DNA from: a virus
DNA length: 34,588 nt
Strand: one strand, 5' to 3'
Virus genome (UHGV): UHGV-0091505
Each line of letters begins with the position of its first letter. The stretch's first letter is position 1. The translations under genes and the position numbers were made by a program. The notes under the pieces are model-generated. The model was not told where the DNA came from and did no database searches. It saw nothing but the letters and a program-made list of their open reading frames with translations. Below, in pieces: positions 1 to 7,376 of the stretch.

Positions 1-25
1 CCTGTTTACCTCTTTCTCAGGAAGT

Positions 26-1426
26 TTAGTCTCCAGGATTCCCGGGGCGGTTCAGACCGCAATAAAATCCTGTTCCTGTACCGTTTGTGTAAAGTGCGTG
101 ACCTTCATGCCCTTGTGAAGCAGTGATATTTTTATGGTATATTCCTCCCACTTTTTGGTTGTCTTTGACTACACCCTTTACACCAAAATCACATGTGTCA
201 AATCTCGCGTATCCTATGCATGCACTTACTCCAGTTAGCCAAATGCCAGTTATGAATCCATAGACTTCAATGTCATTAATATAGAAATCAGAAATGTCCC
301 TTTCTTCATAATAGTTCAACCATACTGGACATCCATAATCTTTCCAGTCTCCAGATGTTACATATGAATATCCAAGGGTATTACTATTAATTACAGTTGT
401 CCTGTCCCCATTATATGTAAACTTCCAATATCCCAACATTTTCACTCGAGGTGTACGAATTTCGAACACTGGATAACCCCACAACAATTGCTCAAAGGTG
501 GCATTATCAGAAATTAGAACCATGTCAGGATTTGGAATTATAATCCACCCAGATATAGTGTATTTTAGATTTCCAAACTCTATTCTCTTTGCTCCACTAT
601 TCAGAGCAGCATTAATTGCTGCCATATCAGCATCGGCATCACCATTTCCTACCGGTCCGAAATCTGCAACAGTAACTGTTTCAGCCATCTTGTCATGGAC
701 TGTCCTTGTAACAGAATTAGAATAAGGTTGCTTAACTGCAACTAAAGCATCCCCCTTCCCATCGGAAGAACTTGCTAACTGAATAAATACATCAGATGCT
801 GATCCAGATGGAGGAATAACAACAATCGCATTACCATCATTATCAAATGCTGGCATCATATTCCGCCGAACTGCTGCTGGAGGTAACTGATTTATTGGCT
901 CTGGAACGCGGAGAGTTCGGCTAAGATTAGAGGATACAATGGTATCTACATAGTTTTTTGTAGCTGCATCCTGAGGGTCGCGTGGGTCTTTCAGATTACG
1001 AATATAGTTATTCAGAGCATTGTACCAGTTAGCAATACTTGACGGCTTGCGCAGTGCCAGGCTAAACCAACTGCGAACATGCTGAATCAGCATCGTTAGC
1101 TTATCAAGCGCATCCTCATGCACCTCGGCAAAGAACTTACCCTGATTGCGCAGATCAGTTTCCTGAGTAACTGGCAGTTCTCGTAATATAGAAATCTGAT
1201 AACCGTTAGCCAATGCCTTCGACAGAATTACATTACCGCCGTTGTACCCTCCCGCACCAGTTACTGTGTAATCAGTATCAAGAGCCAGCACAGCGATATT
1301 TTCATCAAGGTCAACCACCTGAACAACCAGGTCGGATTTGTTGAAAATGCGGAAGGTATACGGAAACGATGTCGTAACGCCGTTGCCGGTGTATTCGTTG
1401 TGGTCAACTTCGGTTGAGACCGTCAT
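26..1426 (-). CDS. tail fibre / tailspike protein
   Basis: 466-aa ORF; N-terminus MTVSTEVDHNEYTGNGVTTSFPYTFRIF is the conserved phage tail-fibre N-terminal anchor motif; mid region ADFGPVGNGDADADMAAINAALNSGA resembles the start of tailspike beta-helix domains; stop TAA at 26-28. Confidence 0.75.
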   Translation of the reverse strand: MTVSTEVDHNEYTGNGVTTSFPYTFRIFNKSDLVVQVVDLDENIAVLALDTDYTVTGAGGYNGGNVILSKALANGYQISILRELPVTQETDLRNQGKFFAEVHEDALDKLTMLIQHVRSWFSLALRKPSSIANWYNALNNYIRNLKDPRDPQDAATKNYVDTIVSSNLSRTLRVPEPINQLPPAAVRRNMMPAFDNDGNAIVVIPPSGSASDVFIQLASSSDGKGDALVAVKQPYSNSVTRTVHDKMAETVTVADFGPVGNGDADADMAAINAALNSGAKRIEFGNLKYTISGWIIIPNPDMVLISDNATFEQLLWGYPVFEIRTPRVKMLGYWKFTYNGDRTTVINSNTLGYSYVTSGDWKDYGCPVWLNYYEERDISDFYINDIEVYGFITGIWLTGVSACIGYARFDTCDFGVKGVVKDNQKVGGIYHKNITASQGHEGHALYTNGTGTGFYCGLNRPGNPGD

Positions 1427-1530
1427 GTTAAATCTCCAGATAGTCGCAGCACCCGTTGCGCCGCATATCTGGTTATTCTATTACCTGAAAAACCATATAT
1501 GGATATATAGCTCATGAATACGGACAGATA

Positions 1531-1545
1531 TTACCTTTCAGGTGA
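1531..1545. promoter_or_regulatory. operator-like site TTACCTTTCAGGTGA (variant of the prophage operator motif)
   Basis: TTACC-N5-GGTGA; same variant class as a site in the cI/cro intergenic region; lies 40 bp upstream of the LexA box. Confidence 0.35.
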
Positions 1546-1582
1546 TTCGCAAAACGTGCTGGATAGCAAACAAATTATTTGC

Positions 1583-1602
1583 TACTGTATAAATATACAG
1601 TT
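1583..1602 (+). promoter_or_regulatory. LexA (SOS) box TACTGTATAAATATACAGTT
   Basis: CTGT-N8-ACAG with AT-only spacer at 1585-1600, flanked TA..TT; about 20 nt upstream of SD GGAGAAG and ATG at 1622. Confidence 0.7.
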
Positions 1603-1621
1603 ATTGCATGGAGAAGATAAG

Positions 1622-1879
1622 ATGCAGCAGTATCACTATCCACTGGAAGACGGATTTACCGAAAGGATTCACACGCCGGGAGGCGTCAGGTCACTGGTGG
1701 AGGGATCGCACTTGATGAAATTACTCCGGGATCTCGATAAGGATGGATTTAATGTCGATGGCCCACTTGCCGAACTGACTGCACTGATTAACTACGTCAC
1801 CAGCTCACAGATGTCTATGCATGATCTGCAAACACATCTCGACTATTGTGCCGAACAATTACGAAAACAAACCAGATAA
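1622..1879 (+). CDS. small SOS-controlled antirepressor-like protein (standalone paralog of the C-terminal domain of the downstream Bro-N antirepressor)
   Basis: ATG at 1622 preceded by GGAGAAG; the track start at 1514 would place the LexA box inside the ORF; translated product aligns with the last ~75 aa of the 2192-2878 protein (PGGVRSLVEGSHLMKLL..LAELTALINYV..DLQTHLDY versus PSGVLGLTENSLLMNLL..AAELTTMFCYI..DIQTHAEY). Confidence 0.55.
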   Translation: MQQYHYPLEDGFTERIHTPGGVRSLVEGSHLMKLLRDLDKDGFNVDGPLAELTALINYVTSSQMSMHDLQTHLDYCAEQLRKQTR

Positions 1880-1882
1880 GGT

Positions 1883-1925
1883 TTGCAATTACCAAGTGGA
1901 GTACTTATATTTACCTTTGCGGTAA
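1883..1925 (+). promoter_or_regulatory. sigma70-type promoter (TTGCAA-17 nt-TATATT) with operator palindrome TTACCTTTGCGGTAA abutting the -10
   Basis: -35 at 1883-1888, -10 at 1906-1911, perfect TTACC-N5-GGTAA at 1911-1925; same -10/operator juxtaposition as at the pL-like promoter. Confidence 0.45.
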
Positions 1926-2019
1926 ATTTACATCGCACTCCTCTTGTGCCATAGTAATCTGGCACTGGCAAAATCCAGTGCCGGGATTGGCGTCCTTGGT
2001 TACTACAGAGGCACATATG

Positions 2020-2036
2020 CCGCATAAGCGGTTTTT
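2020..2036 (+). terminator. weak intrinsic terminator-like hairpin (CCGC-ATAA-GCGG followed by 7 T)
   Basis: Short GC stem plus T-run in the leader between the small antirepressor paralog and the Bro-N gene; stem is only 4-5 bp. Confidence 0.3.
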
Positions 2037-2191
2037 TTATGTGTAAAGCGCACCTATTCTATGGTGGGCTGTGTGGGGGCACCGAAAGGTGCGCCGGGTC
2101 CTTTGTAGCCGGTTACGCCAACCCTGCACAGTTCACCACCAACCGATTGGCGTCGGTAGTGGTGATTAACCTAACTACAAAGGTGATCACT

Positions 2192-2878
2192 ATGACTGCT
2201 AACGTAACCCCATCTGTTTTTCATTTTGAATCAGAAGCAACCATTCGAGCCATTGTTATTGATGGAAATCCCTGGTTTGTTGCCAAAGACGTTATTAAAG
2301 CTCTTCAACTGACAAACCCGACTATGTCAATAAAATCTCTTGATGATGATGAAAGGGCTAAATTTAACTTAGGCCGTCAAGGCGAAACCAATATTATCAA
2401 CGAGTCAGGCCTCTACACACTGATCCTCCGCTGCCGCGACGCAGTGACACCAGGCACTATCCCCTACCGCTTTCGTAAATGGGTTACAGGTGAGGTACTT
2501 CCTCAGATCCGCCGCACCGGAAGTTACATTAAAAACTCGCTCTCGCAGGAAGAACGGATAAAGATGGTTGCCGACCAGGTAGCCAACGCCACGGCGTCAG
2601 CAGTGATGCAGGCGATGAAGATAGAGAACAAAACCTACAACGCCCCACTGAAGCCCGGCTACCGCAGCCTGATACATTCTCCGTCTGGTGTTCTCGGCCT
2701 GACGGAGAACTCACTGCTGATGAATCTGCTGAACCAGTTACAGGAAGACGGGCACGATGTATCTGGCGCGGCAGCGGAGCTGACCACCATGTTCTGCTAC
2801 ATCGTCGGTGTGAGCAAATGCCTGCGTGATATCCAGACACACGCGGAGTACATCAACGACAAGGCTGGGTTCTTCTGA
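2192..2878 (+). CDS. phage antirepressor, Bro-N domain family (Ant-like)
   Basis: ATG at 2192 with SD AAAGGTGA; N-terminal region FHFESEATIRAIVIDGNPWFVAKDVIKALQL..ESGLYTLILRCRD is a Bro-N/antirepressor signature; C-terminal domain is paralogous to ORF 1622-1879. Confidence 0.8.
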   Translation: MTANVTPSVFHFESEATIRAIVIDGNPWFVAKDVIKALQLTNPTMSIKSLDDDERAKFNLGRQGETNIINESGLYTLILRCRDAVTPGTIPYRFRKWVTGEVLPQIRRTGSYIKNSLSQEERIKMVADQVANATASAVMQAMKIENKTYNAPLKPGYRSLIHSPSGVLGLTENSLLMNLLNQLQEDGHDVSGAAAELTTMFCYIVGVSKCLRDIQTHAEYINDKAGFF

Positions 2879-2924
2879 CGGGCGGCGGTGGCATTCGTTA
2901 AAAACAAGGCCGCGAAAGCGGCCT

Positions 2925-2936
2925 GTGACATGTCAC
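2925..2936. repeat. perfect 12-bp palindrome GTGACATGTCAC (copy 1 of 3)
   Basis: Directly follows an 18-bp GAAA-tetraloop hairpin (AGGCCGC-GAAA-GCGGCCT, 2907-2924) downstream of the antirepressor stop. Confidence 0.6.
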
Positions 2937-2943
2937 GCTCACG

Positions 2944-3084
2944 TTATGACAAGCCTATGTACCCTGCTACACCAGATAATATCAAAATAGCTGCAACAGC
3001 AAATTCGCCATCGTCAATGATACATTTACGGTTCATAACGCCAAGTGCAACAAGCGCAAACACAACAAGAATAAAAGCAATCAT
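2944..3084 (-). CDS. small hydrophobic two-segment membrane protein (46 aa), not in the supplied ORF track
   Basis: Hand translation: MIAFILVVFALVALGVMNRKCIIDDGEFAVAAILILSGVAGYIGLS; ATG 10 nt after the stop of the upstream 824-aa gene, same strand. Confidence 0.3.
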   Translation of the reverse strand: MIAFILVVFALVALGVMNRKCIIDDGEFAVAAILILSGVAGYIGLS

Positions 3085-3093
3085 TTCTCATCC

Positions 3094-5568
3094 TTATTGC
3101 GGAGTGACATCCTGTGGTCGCCACCAGTATGTCTGGTTAAACTCTTTCTTCGAACGTTGCTCCATTTTACGCAAATAACCTGGTGAAAAATACTCCTGCA
3201 TCTGGTTAAAGATCATGTGATCGAGAGCCGCCTTTAAGTACCAGAGATTCGCACCTGGCATCAGACCTTTCCCCAGCTTAACCAGATCACCACCAGTCTG
3301 CTCATTCTTCCCTTCCACAGCATTTAACGGTATGCCCTGAGCAATCTTCACTACGTCATCAACCAGGCCAGCTACCGGGCCAAGCATCGACGCCAGCGCG
3401 CCGCTTCCGTACCTAGTGTGATCTGACAATAAAAAGTCACCGTAAAGGCCAAGACCACCACCTTTCAGTAGAGCACCAAGCCAAAATTTAGCAGCATCTT
3501 CTCCTGTCATCTCGCGAGGATTACGACCAGACGCAAGGTCGTTAAGTTGCTGCGACAAAGCGCCAAGAATGGTCGTACTGGCAATAAACGTCGCAATATA
3601 TGCCGCACGCCCACCAGCAGACGGCATACCCATAGCGCGTGACCAGTGACGCATAACCACCGAGATAGGGAACGATTTAAACAGGAAAACACTTCTCGTT
3701 AATTCACCTTTCCATGTCCCACGCTGAATACCAGAACCGGTTATCAGTTGCTCACGTGCGCCAGGTGTAATAACAGCCATATCAACTTCTTCAGTTACGG
3801 CACCGAGCAGTTTACGCATTGCCTCAAATTTCACGCGTTCAGGCTCACCAAGATGTTTAACTACTGAATCAGGGATACGCATAATGCTTTCCGGTGTTAG
3901 CATCGTATTATTACCGTTCCCCCAGTCCTCCTGTTGCGCCAGCTTCCATACACTCCAGTCTGTGTCAGTAATCCCTTTACTTTTCAGGATACGAAAATCA
4001 GAGTCATCGAGGCTACGAAGGTCTGGTGTCCGTGACACTACTTCTCCCAGGCTTCCCATCATGGTTACGCCATAGGCGCGCTTGTGCGCATCTGACCATG
4101 CTGTAAGCCCACTGGCACGCATTACCGCCGTTGCCGCCCAACGAGACACAGACGGCCCCATATTATCCATCGCCCAGCGGTTAACGCTGCCAAGTAGAGA
4201 TTCCATCGCCAGACCAGCGCGGCGCGCCCGCGCAAGCTCAGTACGGTTCGTTGGGTCCATAGCTTCAAGCTGGTTGCGGAATAACTGGTTCATTGGAAGG
4301 TTGGTCACCTTCGCAGACAGATACATGGTTCCAAGATCAGAGAACGATGACAGCAACGCGGATCCGAGTCTGCTGGCAACCAGCCAGTTGCGGATATTGT
4401 CAGACCATCGCGCGATGTGAGGATTCGCAACAGGCTGTGTCTTTCCGGAAATAAAGTTGTACAGATTCTCTGTGTTGTTCGCCAGCCGCTCGACTTTACC
4501 GGTTTTACTCGGGTTAGCTGTTGCCGTTTCTGCCTTCACCTGATCAAGAAGGGAACGGAAAACATGATCGGGGTTTGGGCCATATGTTTCCACCAGAGCA
4601 ATATCTTTACTGATCCCTTCCAGGTGACCGACCATGATTTCCCATAGAGAGCGATCGCCATAAAGTTGCTGATATTGCAGATAGGAATCTGCATCTTTGA
4701 AATGTATCTGTCGTGATGCATTACCACGGTTAGCACGTGCACCGGAAATTCGCATTCCGGTATCAGTAAGCTTATTCAGCCCACCAGTAGCGATCGTGTT
4801 ATAAGCCTCTCCAAGAAATGCAGACAACTCGACATCGTTCATCAGTTGTCCATCGGCTCGGGTATAATATTTGCGATCCAGCTTACCTATAACATCGCTA
4901 ACCCATTTATCTTTTGATACCGCCCCAACCTTTCCCATAGAATGATGTTGAGGGATCCCCCAGTTTTCGAGATAGCCAATGTCCCCACCAGCATCATTAA
5001 ACCGGCGGCGCAGTAGCTCTGTCACTTCTCTCCACGCCTTAGCACCTTTTCTTGCTTTAGCATTGCCAGTATTTTGCCCTCGCATTTCATATACCAGGTC
5101 ACGCACGCCCGCTTCATCTTCAAACAGACCAAAAAAGCGAGGATCAACTGCTTCGAATGCCTCCTGCAATTGACTCAATGCATAATCACGGGTGGCTTTT
5201 GTTCTGGATTCAACAGAGAGGAAATTCGATTTACCGTCTGCATTAAAAGCAATAGTACGGTTAAGAGCGCCAAGTTTCCCATCAGCCCCTTGATAGCTAT
5301 TGATAAATTTATCCAATCTCTGACGTGCGGCTATAGTGAGGGCCACACGACGTTTCTTTAATACCGCTTCTCGCTGTAATTCTTCAGATGCCAATTGTGC
5401 TGCACGATATAGCCGCTCTGATTCGGAAAGTTGTCTCCATGACATCGGGTCATCACGAGCAATGGAGCGCATATTTCGATAAATGCGGTCTTCAATGTTC
5501 TGTATTTCTCGCGCCGTTAACGTGCGCTGCGCCGCCTGCTGAACCGCTTGTATACATTCCTGTCTCAT
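3094..5568 (-). CDS. internal virion / ejection protein (large, gp16-like position)
   Basis: 824-aa ORF in the podovirus core-protein block between the tail tubular genes and the tail fibre; glycine-rich hydrophobic stretch near C-terminus; assignment by position and size. Confidence 0.5.
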   Translation of the reverse strand: MRQECIQAVQQAAQRTLTAREIQNIEDRIYRNMRSIARDDPMSWRQLSESERLYRAAQLASEELQREAVLKKRRVALTIAARQRLDKFINSYQGADGKLGALNRTIAFNADGKSNFLSVESRTKATRDYALSQLQEAFEAVDPRFFGLFEDEAGVRDLVYEMRGQNTGNAKARKGAKAWREVTELLRRRFNDAGGDIGYLENWGIPQHHSMGKVGAVSKDKWVSDVIGKLDRKYYTRADGQLMNDVELSAFLGEAYNTIATGGLNKLTDTGMRISGARANRGNASRQIHFKDADSYLQYQQLYGDRSLWEIMVGHLEGISKDIALVETYGPNPDHVFRSLLDQVKAETATANPSKTGKVERLANNTENLYNFISGKTQPVANPHIARWSDNIRNWLVASRLGSALLSSFSDLGTMYLSAKVTNLPMNQLFRNQLEAMDPTNRTELARARRAGLAMESLLGSVNRWAMDNMGPSVSRWAATAVMRASGLTAWSDAHKRAYGVTMMGSLGEVVSRTPDLRSLDDSDFRILKSKGITDTDWSVWKLAQQEDWGNGNNTMLTPESIMRIPDSVVKHLGEPERVKFEAMRKLLGAVTEEVDMAVITPGAREQLITGSGIQRGTWKGELTRSVFLFKSFPISVVMRHWSRAMGMPSAGGRAAYIATFIASTTILGALSQQLNDLASGRNPREMTGEDAAKFWLGALLKGGGLGLYGDFLLSDHTRYGSGALASMLGPVAGLVDDVVKIAQGIPLNAVEGKNEQTGGDLVKLGKGLMPGANLWYLKAALDHMIFNQMQEYFSPGYLRKMEQRSKKEFNQTYWWRPQDVTPQ

Positions 5569-5573
5569 TTAAT

Positions 5574-7376
5574 TTAACCTCTCAAGAAACACGCCACAGC
5601 GACATCAAACAGGCTAGAATCCTGTATTGCCTGCTCACTTTCCCTGTTCGCTTCATCCAGTACTTCACGCGCACTGCGCGATTGTGGATTACCATCATCA
5701 TCCAGCACGGTGATTATCATGTCAGGTGATTCAAGCAGCGAGTCTTCAGCTATACGCAGATCAATATCTCCTGCCGGATCTGCCATCATTTTTTGTTCTG
5801 TCTGTTGCAATATCTTACCGGGCTCAAAAGGAGCTACTTCGTCTGGCGTCCTGACCTCTGCTGTTTTATAGAATGAAACAGCCTGAGCATTAAGTTCACT
5901 TTCTGCCTGCTGTCGTCGTGCCAGTTCTGCTCGAGCTTCAAAAAACTGACCTCCAGGCTCGTGCGGCGCCAACGCGTTACGGGAAAATTCCAGGCGTTCT
6001 TGTGCCTGCCGGATTCGTTGGTCAATATCGCGAATTCTGGCCTGTTTATCTGATCGAGCACGAGACAAAGCTTTACCGCTACCAGTTGGCTCTTCTGCAA
6101 GAATTTGTGCGCGCTGTTCAGTGAGATTGTCGATAATTCGTTGGCTATTAGCGATTTCAGACTGGTAAACCTGTCTATCGCCACGCGACAAAAGCTGCGC
6201 GGCCTGTTCTTCAAGCAACCGATTTTCTATAGCGCGCGCCGTTACTCCATCATCTACAGATGACAGAGCCTCATTAACTGCCTGAGACAGCAGACTCTTG
6301 CGTCCAGGAATTTCACTGAAAGATGCAGACTCAACAATGCTGGCAACGTCTACAGGTCTCCCCTGGCTAACATCAGACATAGCTTTTCGCAGAGCCTGAA
6401 TGTGAGAATTGCGCGAAAGCACGTTGATCGGCACGCCGGGCGCAATATCAATTTCAGCATGATGAGCGGCATTCGCCGCCAGTGCAGCATCAACATCAAC
6501 TGGTGAAAAATTTGGTGCGCTTGTAGACTCGCCGCGAGAGTTCATAAATCTGCCGACACCACCAAACGCTACCCCAAGAACAGCATCAATAGCAATTGCC
6601 TGTCGATCCAACACATCATACTGGTTAGCCATTTCGCTATAGCCACCATCACGAAGAGTTTTTGCAGTAAGCCCACGCTGTGCCATACCGAACGCAATAT
6701 TTGTACCTGCGGCATAGGCAATATCTGGCGTTGCACGTACTGCTGTTGCTGCGGCGCGTCGCACTGAACTTTCACCCGTCCGCGCAAGCTGGGCCGCCAC
6801 ACCTTCCGCCAGCGCACCACCAGCACGTAACCCGAGGCTCATAGGGATCAGTGTTCCGGCACCAGCAGTAATACCCTGCACTAATCCCGCTTCCTGCGCC
6901 GTCCTGAAATCAACACCCTGAGCGGACAGGCGCTCAAATTCAGAGAATCCCTGAAGAGAGGTAACTGCGGCTGCGCCACCAATCGGCCCTGCTAATGCTG
7001 AACCGACAACAGCCTGTCCGCCCATATCGAACAACCCATAAAGAACCTGCCCGGCGGTTCCGGTTGTCGCGGCATCAGGCGTCAACCGCTTAACCTGCTG
7101 CTCTGCTAGTTTTCTCTGCTCGGCAATGTATGAAACTGAAGTATCATTGAACGAGGTGTTTTCGTTAACAAACTGAGCAATCGGGGATACGATTTTATCC
7201 ATTCCTGCCCATAGCAACTGGTCTGGCTTTGCCACCAGCCCGGAGTACAAACCAGACAATGCCGCCCCTACAGCATTGTCGAAAAAACCAACATCGCTGT
7301 TAAAGCCCGCTGGATTTGATGCTGCTTCGTCAAGCTGCTGATTCTGGTTTACTGGATTAAGGCCAAAGTAACTCAT
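5574..7376 (-). CDS. internal virion protein (Gly/Ala-rich, membrane-interacting)
   Basis: 600-aa ORF, translationally coupled to neighbours; long Gly/Ala-rich segments typical of ejection proteins. Confidence 0.5.
   Translation of the reverse strand: MSYFGLNPVNQNQQLDEAASNPAGFNSDVGFFDNAVGAALSGLYSGLVAKPDQLLWAGMDKIVSPIAQFVNENTSFNDTSVSYIAEQRKLAEQQVKRLTPDAATTGTAGQVLYGLFDMGGQAVVGSALAGPIGGAAAVTSLQGFSEFERLSAQGVDFRTAQEAGLVQGITAGAGTLIPMSLGLRAGGALAEGVAAQLARTGESSVRRAAATAVRATPDIAYAAGTNIAFGMAQRGLTAKTLRDGGYSEMANQYDVLDRQAIAIDAVLGVAFGGVGRFMNSRGESTSAPNFSPVDVDAALAANAAHHAEIDIAPGVPINVLSRNSHIQALRKAMSDVSQGRPVDVASIVESASFSEIPGRKSLLSQAVNEALSSVDDGVTARAIENRLLEEQAAQLLSRGDRQVYQSEIANSQRIIDNLTEQRAQILAEEPTGSGKALSRARSDKQARIRDIDQRIRQAQERLEFSRNALAPHEPGGQFFEARAELARRQQAESELNAQAVSFYKTAEVRTPDEVAPFEPGKILQQTEQKMMADPAGDIDLRIAEDSLLESPDMIITVLDDDGNPQSRSAREVLDEANRESEQAIQDSSLFDVAVACFLRG

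Noticed and set aside
1514-1621. Upstream extension of the small antirepressor-paralog ORF (track start at 1514)
   Set aside because: The extension would put the LexA box and operator-like site inside the coding sequence and has no SD; the ATG at 1622 has a strong SD and the homology to the antirepressor C-domain begins after it.
2888-3178. 96-aa plus-strand ORF after the antirepressor
   Set aside because: Overlaps the 3-prime end of the 824-aa virion gene and the better-supported minus-strand 46-aa membrane ORF; no SD.
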